The notes below the pieces were generated by a model. That model did no database searches. It was not told where the DNA came from and saw only the letters and a list, made by a program, of their open reading frames with translations. A DNA stretch of 64,000 nt from the human T2T-CHM13v2.0 reference genome, Homo sapiens: the NCBI RefSeq assembly GCF_009914755.1, contig NC_060934.1. The stretch is one strand, 5' to 3'. Shown here piece by piece: positions 23,812 through 37,629 of the stretch. How positions within the stretch are numbered: the first letter of the stretch is position 1; each line of letters starts with the position of its first letter. The translations under genes and the position numbers were made by a program.

Positions 23812-24838
23812 TACTTTTCATCTCATTGGATCCTTAAATAGATGTAAATCGGTGAGACAGCCAGGGATGACCTACACTCTTTTTAATGTATTTTTTAACT
23901 GAAGAGCTATTGGGAATTTAAGAAGATACTGTCACACACTTAAATTACTGATCATAAGGGTGGTGGAGCCTGGATTCAAAATTATATTATCCAATTCTTA
24001 TGGCTGAGAAAGAAACTGGGAGAAGAATGAGATGTAGGGGTTTCAGGGAGCATAGAAGGACAGGAGGAGGACAGCAAATAGCCAGTCTCAGAAAATGACC
24101 CACAGGCCAGTTTTCAGGACAACTCTCGCATGGGTTTTGCCTCCTAAGTCAACCTGTTTAGGCCATATTTGTGATCTGTCATGGTCATGGTATTTCAGAG
24201 TTGGAGGATGGTCTGAGTTCTGACCTGGTGTAGGAATCCCTTCTCCCAAAACTCTAACAGTACATTCTCAGGCTTCGTGAGCTCAGGCTTAAGACACATT
24301 ATTTTCTGATGCTGGACAGCTTCTTTAAAAAAATGTAGTTTCTTACATTAAGCTAAAATTTATTTTATGAAAGTTCAAGAATTCTGGTCCAAATTGGGAT
24401 GAGGCCTATGGTGCAGGACTTCCGTGAAATTTTATGAGATTACAAATGCAAAACACTTAGAACAGTTTCTGGCCTATTGCCAGAATTCAATAATTGAATA
24501 AAGGCAGGCAGAAATATAACAGAGATAAATGTCTTGTGCTGTACTTAGGTTAAAGTATAGAATATATTAGTTCTGTTCCATCTTCTAGGTTTTTTATTTT
24601 ATTTTATTTTTTCATTATAAATCCTCCACTGGAATTCTAGGGTTTTTAAAATCAATTTTTAATAGCTAAAATAATGCTTTTTCAATCTAGTAAATTGTCC
24701 CTAACTCAACTTTATTTAGAAAGTACACATCGCAAAACTGCCTTAGTCTGGGCATGTTTTATTTACATACCCTAACAAAATGCATAATGCCTTTCCTTTG
24801 TGGTATGCAATGAGTGCTCCCTCACACTTGTGCATTCA

Positions 24839-24841
<3 letters not shown>

Positions 24842-24872
<31 letters not shown>
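24842..24872. repeat. (AC)n microsatellite
   Basis: Seen directly. Confidence 0.95.
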
Positions 24873-24873
<1 letters not shown>

Positions 24874-25059
24874 CTCTACCATCATTTGAGCATCATCAAA
24901 AATACAAAAATGTTTTATTTACTGTTTTTCCTGACATGGTAGTTTAACTCAAATTTGCCCAGATTCACATAGCTAATTGGCGATAGGAAAAAACAAACAA
25001 ACAAACAAAAAAGCAAGTTAGAACAAAAACCTCCCAATGGACTAGTGAGAAGGAAACTT

Positions 25060-26610
25060 CTGATAAAGGACATCTACAAAAAACCTAAAATTAACATCAT
25101 CTTGATGATGAGATACTGAATGCTTTCTCCCCGAAGAGCAGTAAAATGGCAGGAATATTTACTCTTAACACTTTTATTCAACATTATGCTGAAAGTCCTA
25201 GGCAGTGCAATAAAGCAAGAAAAATGAAATACAATTCATATAGACTGCAAAGAAGAAAATAAAACTTGTTATTCTCATTGACATGATTGCCTATGTAGAA
25301 AATCCTAAGGTATCCATAAGAAAATCTCCTAGAACTAATATGTGAGTTGAGCAAGGTTGCAGGATATAACACATTCGGTGTAGAAAGGATATTATTTTCA
25401 ATCAATGGTATTGGATCAATTGGGCAGTAATCTGGGGGAAAATTAACTTCAACCTATGATTCACAACTTATACAATGATTCACAACTTATACAAAATTTA
25501 ACTCCAAATAGATCATAGATCTAAATATAAAACATAGATTTATAAAACTTTTAAAAGAAAACATAGGGGAAAATTTTTATGACCTTGGGATGGACAGAGT
25601 TTTTTAAAATTACACTAACAGCAAAATTGATAAAATAAATAATTGATAAATTGAGCTTCATCAAAATTTACAACTTTTGCTCTTCAAAAGATACTGTTAA
25701 AACACTGGGAGAAAATACATGCAAATCAATATCCAAGAAAGGACTTGTAGCCAGAACATATAAAGAATGCTTAAAACATAGCAATAAAAAACAGCTCATT
25801 AAATAAAAGTTTGAATAGATCATTTAGCAAAGAAAATATAAAGATTACAAATAAACACATGAAACAGTGCTCAACATTATTAGACATTAGGGAAATGCAA
25901 ATTAAAACCATAGTGATATATCACTATATATCTATTGTTATCACCAAAATAAACAAAAATGACAATATCAAGTGCTGGCACAGAAGTAAAGCAATAGAAC
26001 TCTCATACATTGCTGGTGGGGATGCAAAATGGTACAGCTACTCTGAAAAGATATTTTGGTAGTTTGTTATAAAGTTATACACATCTTATAACCCAGCAAT
26101 CCCACTTCTGCTATATATTCAGCCTAGAAAAATGAAAAATTTATATTCACATTAAAACCTGTACACAAATGTCTGTAGAGATTTATTAATAATCACCAAA
26201 AACTGGAAACAAATATCTTTGAATGAGTGAATGTATTAATAAGCTGTGGCACATCTACAACATAGGATGCTACTCGGTATTACTCATATTTGAAACAACA
26301 CATGAATTTTAAAGGTGTTATGTTGAGTGAAATAAGCTAATCTCAAAAGGTTACATGCTGTATTATTCCATTTATGTGATCTTATGGGAAAGACAAACTA
26401 TATAGATAGAGAATTTACTGGTGGTTTCCAGAGTGGGGAAAGTATTTGACATGAAAAGCTGCATGAAATATTTTTTAGGATGATGTCATTGTTCTGTAAC
26501 CTGATTGTGGTGGTGGTTACGTAAGTCTATATATCTGTTCAAACTTACAGAACTCTATGCCAAAAACTCACTGTGTGTACATTGAAAAATATGTTTGTAT
26601 TAAAAATACT
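25060..26610 (+). mobile_element. Old L1M (L1MD/L1ME-like) ORF2 3' part and 3'UTR with an internal deletion
   Basis: ORF2 motifs (agcaaggttgcaggata; REMQIKT in ORF 25811) and 3'UTR tctcaaaaggttacatgctgtattattccattt. Contains a 19-bp tandem duplication atgattcacaacttataca at 25456-25493. Confidence 0.85.
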
Positions 26611-28297
26611 AAAATTAATATTTTTGGTTAATAAAAGCTAGGAGGCATAGTTCCTGACTTCTAGTTCTATAGCAATTCCTGCTTTTCTCATTCATTCATT
26701 TATTCATTCGCTTACTTATGCTTTTACCCAATCAACATCTACTTAAAATCTATATATACTGTGCACTGAGGGGACACACAGGTGAATGTGATATCATCCT
26801 TACCATCAAGGAGCTTCTAGACTTGTATTTGAATGATGGACAATTCAAATGATGGACAAGTATTAGAATGTTGCTAGCACACTCTGACAAGGACTTTAAT
26901 GGAGTTGGGAATATATTGTGTTGAATCATAAATGAGATTGAGACTAATGACCTAAGCAAGTTAGGGGAACCATCTCAGAAACAGAATGTTTGATTTGGTA
27001 CTAGGGATTAGTAGGAAATTATCTGAGCATTCTGGATAGAGAGAAGAAACTTGCAAGTTCCCAGAATCATGAGAGGTGGTATGTGCAAGGCTGTAAATTA
27101 TAATCTGGAAAAGAATGAATGGAGATAGGTTGGTGAAGGTGGGTTGAAGAGGATCTATGAGGGAACAGGTAGGTAGCTTCCTGAGCCACAGTTCATGCTG
27201 CACACCAAGCCATCTATGGCCATCCTTGCCTGTTTATAATGATAAAGCTTCATGAAGCAATTATATTTCCCCCAGCTGCAGTCTCACATATGGATGGTAC
27301 CAATCAATCTCTGGTCACTTCACCTTCCGTTCTACCTGCCTCTTTTATCTGCTTGTTTCACATTTAAGATACAGGAAGAGATAGATGAAAAGCTAGGACT
27401 CATTTCAGCTCATTCAGACCCCAGCCTCCATCTCTGGAGCACAAGGCAGCTTTTGCTCTGTTTCCCTGGTCCCCGATCCAGACTAACTTGGCTCATAATT
27501 TAGGAATGATTCTGAGAAATGGAGAAGTCAAGTGGCTTGTCTAGTGGCCCCGGACAAGTGGTGGAGGAGCAGACTGTGACTGTGGTGGTAGAGCAGACCA
27601 GAGACTAGCATCAGTGATGAGGTCAGGTAACATCCTGTACCCTGCTTCTCAGGGACTGTACTCTGAGCAGACAGACTTATCCAGTACCCTCAGCACTGCG
27701 TCCAGGTCTTTTCTTGCTTGATGACACCGGACTTGCCAAGCCTGCCTGCACTATCTGCCCAGGCAGATAGGTGGGCCTGGGGAGGGTGTTGAAATGAATG
27801 ACTCTCCAAGCCCTGGTAGAGGGTTGCACTGCCCTGGCTGAAGTGTGGGCACCAGCAGCCATTAGGTACCACTCTTTCTGCTCAATCTCCATGGGAGCCA
27901 TGTTTGCAATTTGTGTTTATCTTTTTGAGCAGTAAAGAGATATGGTCTTCTAGCTATTCACAGACAGGCAGACGTGGAGAGTAGACACCTAAATTCTAAT
28001 TCCGGTTTTTCCACTGAGAGGCTGTGTGATCCAGGGAAACAAGTAAACCTCTCTAGGTTCCTTTTTCCTAATTATAAAATGAAGCAGAATTAATGATTTA
28101 TTTATTCATTCAGGGAACAGAAGCAAGATCTGCTCATGAAACATCAATTAAATATTGCTCTATGTAGTTCCCAGAGTAAGATGGGGATACTGGCATCTAC
28201 GCAAATATTAATATAGAAATTTGTGCTTTTCTTATGTTTGTTCATTGGTTCACAATCCACTCCTCTGTAATGGAACACTCTTCAGGTATAGAAGACA

Positions 28298-28334
28298 AGT
28301 GGTCCTCAAACCAAGCATTATAATCACCTCACAA

Positions 28335-28370
<36 letters not shown>

Positions 28371-28640
28371 AAACAAACAAGCAGGCACACACACACCCTT
28401 ACCTGGGCCCCACCACAAATCAATCAATGAAGTATCTCCTGGGAAAGGTCCTGGGCATTGGCCTTTTATAAAGTTGTCCTGCTGATTTTAGGACATGTAG
28501 GATTGAGAACCAACGCACTAGATCTGAGCTGGTTGAACTTTAACATGCATGTGCACCATCTGGAGAGCTTGTTAAAACATATACTCCCCATTTCTGACAA
28601 GCTCTCAGCTGCTGCTTCTGGCCTGGGGACTGCACTTTGA
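28298..28640. mobile_element. Adjacent MER5B-like (with (AC)n at 28337-28365) and MER5A-like elements
   Basis: agtggtcctcaaac...cctgggccccacc...ttgagaacca, then catctggagagcttgttaaaaca...ggggactgcactttga. Confidence 0.65.
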
Positions 28641-28967
28641 TTAACACTGCACTGCACTGAGCTGCCGGGTATATACAGATAAAAAGGACACAATCAGCAC
28701 CAAGTAGCTCACAGGCTAATGGGAGAGGCAGATATGCACACAGATCATTGTTGCAACACATTATGCTAAAGGCCACGGAGATTCTGCTGTAAGTATCATG
28801 GAAAAAGTGCTGTGGGGACCAAAAGGAAGGGTTGTGCAACTGCTGAGGAGTGACCGAAGGCTGCACAGAAGAGGCCATAGCTAAGCCTCATCTTGTGGGA
28901 TGAATTGGATGAGTTTCCACCATCCAAAGGGATGGTAGAAATGGGGTGTGGGAAAGTTATGCTAGAG

Positions 28968-29271
28968 CTGTGCTGTCCATTATGGTAGTCATTTAGTCAC
29001 AGTGGTTATTGAGTCCTTGAAATGTGCTGTCCAAATCAAGCTGTGCTTTAAGTATAAAATACATACCAGGTTTCAAATATTTATTATACTATGAATGAAA
29101 AATTGTTCCTTGATAATTTTTATATTGATGATATGATGAAATGATAATATTTTGGGCTAAATAAAACATATAAATGAACTTCACTTTTCTATTTACTTTT
29201 AAAACATGATTACTGAAAAATTTAAAAGGTCATTTGTGGCTTTTTCTTTTAATATATACTGGATGGTGCTG
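28968..29271 (-). mobile_element. MER33 (hAT-Charlie)
   Basis: ctgtgctgtccattatggtagtca...gtgctttaagtataaaatacataccagg...ctggatggtgctg. Flanks tgctagag and ctctagac resemble a Charlie target duplication. Confidence 0.85.
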
Positions 29272-30644
29272 CTCTAGACTGAAGGAGCCCCAGAGAAGCA
29301 GCACAGAGCATGGCTTTTTCAGTTGTGTGGTGTGGCATTGACAATTCTGACTTTGACGCTGACTCCAACACTCTGGATCTAACCCAACATCAGCTGGTCT
29401 CTTTTCTTGTTTATATATCGGAATCTCTCCTCTGGCCTACTCCTAGTCTCCCTCTATAGGAGACAGACTTCCTGAATTAAGCTGAAAGCATTAAATTATT
29501 ATTTTTTGCCCTGGCAAGGTTTAAACAGGGCAAAGCCAACCAGTTTGGTTAACAACTGTGCGAATAATCCTATTTCTGTCATGAGATTCAGGATTCAAAT
29601 GGCTTTTCCTCCCATTCGCTTCTGGAATTCATCTTTCTCTGAATGTCCCTGCACATGCTTTCTCTCTGACACAGTTACTCAGTCACAGACCGACAGACAG
29701 AAGGACACACACACCCTCCATTTAAGAGGCAATTAAGTGTCAATAGAGAGAGTATTAACTCGATGACATAAAAGTTGGAGAACTAACTGTCATTTAGACC
29801 TTGGACAAATTTCTTAGCCTTCCTGTGATCCCTCATCTGGTGTTTTACCTATTTGAAAATACTAACAAACATAAGAAGTATTTTTATAATTTATTTTTTT
29901 CATCAGTTTACTAATGATGATCTTGTTATAGAGTAAAATTGTCAACAAGGGAGATTTCAGTTCAATGAACAAAGCAGTAACAACAGAGAGTACCCAAAGA
30001 TGACCTGACCTGGGCTGCTTTGTGAAGTAGTGAGCTCCTCTGCATGAAATTCCCAAGTATGGTGTCCCATGGGGCACTGTGATAAGTGAACCTGAACATG
30101 GGCAAAACATTCGAAGCATCTAGACATTCTAGAAATGTGCAGAATCAAAACCCATAGAACATATGCCACCGTCCTTTGTTTTCTTCTCATCATCATCCCG
30201 CATTAAGCAATCACGGCACTTCTTCTAAGGCAAGATAAAGCCTAATACTTCTTAACAGAAATTCCAGGCATATGTAAGTAATCAAATGAGCTTGGCACAC
30301 AAGTGAAACTATTAGCTTTGAAGACTAAACTCTAGGCTCTAGATACATATATTATTGGCTCTTTAAAATATTGATTAATTCAATAACTTTGGAATTGTGT
30401 GAACTCAGAGCTCTAGCAGCTCTTTAAGACTTCAGAGGCCAAAACGAGGACAAAGTGGGGGCTAAAGGCAATGGGACTGCAGACTGCTTGCCTTCTGTTC
30501 AACCATAGAAGGCAGAGTAAAACTCACTTTATGGATTGAGATATAGGATTGTCTTTGATAGAAGGATTCCATAATCAAAAAGTCAGAACATATAAGAAAT
30601 TCCCACATTATATTACATTCCAAAAGGTATCAAATTGTATAACA

Positions 30645-30985
30645 ACTTGCCCAAGGTCACATAGACGGCTAGTGACAGGGAGTGACCCAGTGTGTAGATT
30701 CTAGTCAAATACCTAGCCCAGTTTCCTTTCCATGTTTAAAATACGTAAAGGTTAGAATCACAGGTACTGGTGTAAAATCACCTGGGTTCAAATTCTAGCT
30801 CCGTCACTTCCTAGAGCTGTGGAACTTAGGCAAATTACTTAATCATCCTGTGCCTCAGTTTCCTCTGCTATAACAGGGAAATGATAATAATTGTAACTCC
30901 CTGGGTTGTTGCAAGAATGAAATTAGTTAATGCATATAGTTCCTAGAACACCAAACAACACAGAATGAGCAGTCAAAAATGCTAC
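30645..30985. mobile_element. MIR fragment (-) followed by a near-complete MIR (+, 30745-30985)
   Basis: acttgcccaaggtcacatag, then cctgggttcaaattctagctccgtcacttcctag...tgtgcctcagtttcctc. Confidence 0.8.
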
Positions 30986-33624
30986 TGTTGTCATCGTCAT
31001 TGTCATTGTCATCATGATCTTCATATAGTCATCCTATTCAGGGTCAGTTTATTTAGCAGGTACAGTGGAAAGAGCCCTGAATGGGATGGTAGGACTGCTG
31101 AGATATTCAGTGTCACTTTGGTTTCTAAATATCTGTAACTGCCAGATTGCCTCCTGTGCCATCAAGGAGGCAGATAATGCTGGGATTCTCCTATGGGAGA
31201 TGAGAAGTTTCACCAAAGCTCAAAATCCATGAACTCAGTAGAAGGAATGGAAACTTCCTTTTATTGTTTGTTGCCTTTGTTTGTTTTTAGAATCGATTAT
31301 GCTTCAAGCTCTGTATTAGGTATTTGCAGCAATATTACTTCCTTCCTTGTCTTTACAGATAGGTTAGTTGCACTCCCCAGTCAAGAAAAAGGATGCTGAT
31401 GGAAGCTAAATAACTTTTTAGAGTTACCTTGAATCTGCTTGTTTTCACTTATTTTCATTTGAGAGTTAATGTTACATAAAATAAACAGCTCACGGGTATT
31501 TCTCTAAGAGAAGGCCTAAAGAGCTGAATTTGCTTTTTGTTCACAATTTTAATTCACTTTTTCAATTTGTGACAATAGTATATTATTACCCAAAGGAATG
31601 GAAGTTGAGTAAATCACAGAAAGTTTTTTCTCTGAGATGACAAGAGGCTTGATGTCTAGGAAGTTTGAATGCTTAGTAATTCTCAAAGGCAAAACATAAT
31701 CACGGGACACCATGTAATTAAACATAACAAAATGTAGAGGCTTTTAATGTCATTCAGTTCAGTTTAACCAGCATTCACTGAAGCTTTATAAAGTCAGCCC
31801 AGGAAGAGAAAAGTGGCTAAGATTTTATTTCTGCTGGTAAAGAGGTGATCCTTTTGGAAAGGTATGGCAGAACCAGAACTGGACTTTACAGTGAAATTTG
31901 TTGATGTAGATGAGGGGCTTGTCTTGCTGAATAGAGAAAGGCTGTGGCTGCCTGCCTGAGTCCTGTGCAACTTTGAGCAGAAATACAGCCTCTTAGGAAG
32001 AAAAGAAGGCTAAGGGCGTCAGATTTTCTCCATCTCTTCTCCCACATTCACCAGTTCTCTAAGCATCCTAAGGCATATTCATTTGTGAACATCCTGTCTC
32101 CATCACTGGCATAGGAATCTTCTGAGGGCAAGAACCTGTCTGATGTTCTCTGCTTCCTGGAACCTCAGGATGTGTCTGACACCTGCAGCTTCTCTATACC
32201 CCTTGAGCCAATACAAAAGGAATGAATCAGTCAGTGTAAGGCAGCCCTTCTCACCATATGAGATCCTTGGTCCCACGTCTGTATGGTGAGAAGACATGGA
32301 TGCTGGCTCCATTTAAATGATGTTACAATGCTCCCTAAAGGGCCTGCTAGCTGTAGAGCTAGTTTGAAATAGGGGTGCATATTTCCAAATAGCAGAATAA
32401 TCTTCTATTCCTGGTGCAGGGAACAAAGCCTTTGACTTTTCGTTTTTGTAAGTGGAGCAGTGACCACACCAGCTCTTAGAAATATATTAGGAAGACATTT
32501 TACATTTAGAAATATATTAAGCATGAAGATTATTTAGGAAATCACTCTCTAGTTTTTACATAGGGATATCCAAATGAGATCTTTCTACTGTCTGTTCTTT
32601 CTAGTTTTTCATTTGAGGATATTTCAAAGGAGAGGTTAGAAAATAGAAGTTCAAGAATAAGAATTAATCAAAGTCAATTCATTAACATGCAAGTATGTCA
32701 CGTATTTCATGAGCTTTGCTTACATAAAAGTCCATGTGCATTTTTAACTCCCTCATTCAAGAATTTCCTTTCACATAGCACAATTTCACATCCAGGTTAA
32801 ACTCAAGGGCTACCTCCTCTTTGAAGTTCTCCTTGATTTGTCCAGCCCATATACTTTCTTTCTTGTCCGAACATCCATTGCACTTAAGGTAAACGATGAT
32901 TTAAATTCAGAATATGACTTCACTGTAGAACCTGTGATATCATGGTCTTTCAATTCTCCACAACAAAATAGGACATTTATTATAAATTGAATCTGTAAAA
33001 GATGCTGAGAGTTGGATTCCTTTCCCTTTCTCTTCATAATAAAAAATAACTAACATTTATTGATCTTTTAAAATGTATCCACAATGTGCTAAACAATTTT
33101 CATGCATAATCTTGTTTAATCCTGATGACAGTCCTCAGAGGCACATACTAAATTGTCTGTGCCTCACCGCTGAAAAGCCATGCTGCTACTTGGCCAAGGC
33201 CAGTCTGCACATAGTAAGTCCCGGATTTGATCTCAGCACTTTCTAGCTTCGGAGTCCTTGCTTTCAGAACCACTGGAGTATGCTCAAGAGATCTGGACCA
33301 CTTTCATTTTATCTGGTATCTGGCGTTATTAAAAAACAAATAAGAAGGCCACACTTGTTGGAAGCCTATTTGGGGATTTTAAATTATGTCATAAATACCT
33401 TTGTGAATTTCATCATAGAATCTCTATAACTGTATTCAGCCTCATTTGGAAGTAATGTCTAGAATTCTAATTTGAGACATTTTGCATATGTGAGGTTTGA
33501 ACGAAATGATATTCCCTGCTCACCCTTGACAGCCACAGTTCCTCCACGACCCTGAGTCACTTCTGTTTGACCGCCAGGCCTGCCTGACAATTTAGTTTCC
33601 CCATGCCCCTACTTCGGTTCTCTC

Positions 33625-33638
33625 CTGGCAGAGGGCAC
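33625..33638 (+). promoter_or_regulatory. Candidate CTCF core motif
   Basis: CTGGCAGAGGGCAC matches CCRSYAGRKGGCRS at 13/14. It lies in a non-repetitive CpG-retaining patch with an AP-1 site (TGAGTCA at about 33553). Confidence 0.35.
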
Positions 33639-34430
33639 TGCGGCACTTATCCAATCTCTATGTTTTGAAAAATAAAAGCATTGAGACTTCCAATATTTGA
33701 GTCCAGCTAAGACGGCAAGGCCACCAAATTTTCAGTGATTTTCAAAAACTCATTTCAGTGCTGTCTTCCTGTTAAATTGGACCTTTCATTCCATACTGAG
33801 CAGTGGCAAGTAGAGAGCGAGCCAAGAACTAGGACAAGCTTGGCACAACATTATACCTGCTATGGGCCAAGGTTTAGGTAGGTTTTGATTTTGTTTCTGG
33901 TGGCCTCGAATACACTTGCTTCCTTTTTCAAAGTGTCCAAATGAGAGAGTGAATAGTAAATAGCCAGAGGGAAATGAACCAGTGTGTGGGAATAAGAAGG
34001 TGTCCCCCTGTGTGTACCTTTGATTACCAGTGCAAAGGGCTTTCTGAGACACTGGCTGGTAAGAAGGAAGCAGGTTGCCATATCAACACCTGTGGTTTCT
34101 TTACATGTTTTTACTGCAGGTTTTCATTGTTTTAGTGCTTTATTCTAGGAGTAAATTACTAAGACTGTATGGTTCCAAGAATATTCCTGGTGGGCTAGCA
34201 GCAATGTGCTCCAAAGCACAGCCTGGGCTCCCTGCCTTCCCCTCTCCTCTCAGCCAGAAGTGGAAATCCAGGCCACTCTTGGCTTTCTCTGTGAACCAAG
34301 ACAAAAAGGAAGGGGCATACAGGCTGTCCTTAAAGCATGTTGGACAAGCTGTTGCTACAGGGTCAGGGAATGAGGGTAAGAAAGCCTGTCTCTTTCCTTA
34401 TAAGGAAGGTCATGACCAAATTGCAGAGCA

Positions 34431-34929
34431 GAAAGGAATATAAATCATTGAACATGCACACATGTGTTCATTACAGCACTATTCACAATAGCAAAAACAT
34501 GCCATCAACCTAAATGCCCATCTACAGTGGACTGGATAAATAAAATGTAGTACATATACACCATGGAATATCATGCAACCATAAAAAAGAATGAGATCAT
34601 GTCCTTTGCAGCAACATGGATGGAGCTGGAGGCCATTATCCTAAGCAAACTAACACTGGAACAGAAAAACAAATACCACATGTTCTCATTTATAAGTGGG
34701 AGCTAAACATTGAGTACATACAGACACAAAAAAGGGAGCAACAGACACCAGGGCTTACTTTTGAGGGAAGAGGTTGGGAGGAGGATGAAAATAGAAAAAC
34801 TATCGTGTGCTATGCTTATTACCTGGGTGATGAAATAATCTGTACACCAAATCCCCACAACATGCAATTTGCCTATGCACATGTGCATCCTGGATCTAAA
34901 ATAGAAGTTGGAAAGGAAAAGAAAAAAAA
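34431..34929 (+). mobile_element. L1PA15/16- or L1PB-like 3' end
   Basis: acatgcacacatgtgttcattacagcactattcacaatagc...gtcctttgcagcaacatggatggagctggaggccattatcc...A-rich tail. Confidence 0.9.
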
Positions 34930-35013
34930 CAGTGGCTCCTGGGTTTCATTTGGAGTGTTGGCCTCAAGGTGTTTGGCCTGTACCATCTTTTATATTTAAA
35001 TTACCTCTCAACC

Positions 35014-35282
35014 TTTTTTTTTTTTTTTTTTTTTTTTTTGTGAGATGGAGTTTTGCTCTGTCACCAGGCTGGAGTACCGTGGCGCGATCTCGGCTCAGTG
35101 CAACCTCTGACTCCCTGGTTCAAGCAATTCTCCTGCCTCAGCCTCCCGAGTAGCTGGGATTACAGGCACATGCTACCACACCCAGCTAGTATTTTGCATT
35201 TGTGGTAGAGATGGGATTTCACCATGTTAGCCAGGGTGGTCTGATCTCCTGACCTCGTGATCCACCCACCTCGGCCTCCCAA
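35014..35282 (-). mobile_element. AluSc-type (Sc5-like), 5'-truncated by about 35 nt
   Basis: T-tail of about 26 nt with diagnostics gtcaccagg and ctgactccctgg. Ends at cctccca(a). Degenerate TSD ta[c/g]ctctcaa on both sides. Confidence 0.92.
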
Positions 35283-35539
35283 TAGCTCTCAATTATAAAA
35301 ATAAGGAAATTTAACATTTAAAAAATAGAGGCATTTAGCTTTTCTTAGAGACTCAGAATGTCTTCTTTTTGCATATGAATTCTGTGTGGAGGAGCAGTTC
35401 CCCCTTAAAATAGGCGAATGTTTGCATTTGAGTGTAGTCTCCGCTGCTCCTCAGAGATCCCTGACACTGAGACCTTGTGCCAGCCACCATTTATCATCTA
35501 CCCCCGCTAGTTTTACTCTCATACATAATTTGCATGGCC

Positions 35540-35940
35540 CCTTAAGCGTTTGAGTTTATTAGGATAGTTATAAAGGCCTGCCATGTCATACAAAGTTATT
35601 CAGGCCATATCCTAAGGCACTCAGCAATAGTGGTTGTTTTGAGGCTGGGAGGTATTAGCCCAGGCTTAGGCTTTAGAGATGCCTTTGGCTACTTGTTTCA
35701 AGTCCATCCAGTTTCCAATTCATCATCCACATGGACCCTAGATGTGAAATGAGTGCAGAAGGAACACAGATGACAAGAAAGTGTCCCAGGCAAAGAGCAC
35801 AGGTAATGGAGGGAAGAGAAGAAACTCTGGAAACACTTCAGAGGCAGAATTGTCAAGGATTGGGAACCAAATGGGATGCAGAAGAAAGAAAAGTTTAGAG
35901 GCTGGAGCTACTGTGCAGATGATGACTGTTGATGGGGCGA
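35540..35940 (-). mobile_element. L2 fragment
   Basis: cagaggcagaattgtcaaggattgggaaccaaatgggatgcagaag resembles antisense L2. Confidence 0.5.
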
Positions 35941-36789
35941 ATGGAATCAATACTAGACCTAGTCAGATTATAGTTACCAAAGGAAACAGACATTGCTCAA
36001 ATTTGAACATTCAAGAAATAGTTATATACAGCATGTAATGAATACATTTCCCATTAAAATATTTCTTTCTTAAAGTAGCATCATGTTTCTAAATTAATAT
36101 GTGTAGTAACTAGCTACATATATGAGTAAACCCCTTCCTAGACAGAGGTTCTTTTAGAAAGGAAAATCTCTAATTCACTGCTTATTCCTAGTACCCAAAC
36201 AATACCCAATATGTAGTGTGTGCATGAGAAATATTTGCTGAATCCATCCATAATTACTTAAACAGAGATCATTTAAAGTACCCATAGTTTAATCTCAATT
36301 GTTATACATTTTTTTCTGTAAGTCTTTTGCTTTTATTTATCTGCTGCCTACCACTTCCTTCTCTGTAGCCCCTGACACCTCTGCACACATATGTGCACAT
36401 ACAAGGAAACAATTGCATTAGATAGGCATATGTAATAATGCATGTGGTTTTAGATAATAAGATTTCTCTACTTTTAATCTTAAAGTGATTTCTACTTTCC
36501 ATTTTGATCATTTATTTTTAAATTTCATTAAATGAATAACCTTTTTTAAAGCAAATTTTTTTGGTGGATTCTTCACAGAGACTCACCTGTAGTTTTTCCT
36601 TAATTAAAGAGCAAAAAAACCGAATGGATTCCCTTTCCTTGGATAACCTTCTAGTCATAATCAGAAAGCCTTTTGGAGCCAAAGATTTCCCATTCAGCTA
36701 CAGCTGGTACCATGCATTTTTTGGGTTGCTTGAGGCGAGGGAGGAGGGTTCAGCTGTTGAGATCTCTAGAAGATTTTTACAAGTAATTA

Positions 36790-37555
36790 TGTAAGTTTTG
36801 TACATGTTATGTAAGAAGTGAATGCATTCTTGTTGTAAAAATAATAAAAATGTATCTAATGTAAAAAGCAGAGGTCTCACTTGAATTCTGTCTACTTCCT
36901 TGAGTCCATTTCTTTGCCTAAAAGTAATCATAGCTAATTTTCATATGTATCCTTTAAACATTGTTCTGTGCAGTATGGCACAAGCCTAATTGGATCATAC
37001 TACACATGATGCTAACTAATTTTTGAAAGATTGCAGAACAGTGCGTTTTGGAGAAATTACCATGTTGAAGCATACGTATCCACCGAATTCTTCTAATTGC
37101 AGCATAGTACTCTGTCATATGCATATATCATAGTTTATTTAGGTGATCATTAATTCATGGGCATTGAGCCTATTTCTAATTTTTCACTACTATGAACAAT
37201 GCCACTGTGAATATCGTTGCCCTTGCCTCTGTGGAAATATGAGTCTTTCTCTAGAAAACATCTAGAGAATTAGAATTCTCTAATTAGAAAATTAGAGAGA
37301 ACAGATTCTCCTTGAATTAGAATTGCTGATGTAAGATATGTACCTTTAAAATTCTGATACATATTTCAAATTTGTTCTTCCAAAAAGCTATACCAAATTA
37401 CTCTTTCAGCAGTCTGATATGAGATGAACAATTTTTCCACTTCTCTGCCCAAATTAGATATTACGATTTTTTGGGAATTATTATAAATTCTGTGGACAAA
37501 AGCATGAAATCTCACTGTTATTTTAAATTACCTTGTTGATTCCCCCATGAAGTAG
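36790..37555 (-). mobile_element. Old L1ME-like fragment ending about 75 nt before the second exon
   Basis: aattgcagcatagtactctgtc...tttcactactatgaacaatgccactgtgaatatc...caaattactctttcagcag. Confidence 0.7.
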
Positions 37556-37629
37556 AGTTTTGTATGCTACCTGGGGCTCCCTCATGATTTTCACTTGTAT
37601 CTAAGCATCACTCTACCCTCCTGTTTCAG

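Noticed and set aside
23186-23902. Longest ORFs in the track (238, 181, 154 and 107 aa; PSFL/EGRK-rich)
   Set aside because: They are artefacts of the stop-free (CCTT)n satellite.
27689-27709. REST/NRSE-like motif ctcagcactgcgtccag
   Set aside because: It has about five mismatches to TTCAGCACCACGGACAG, including the GGAC core.
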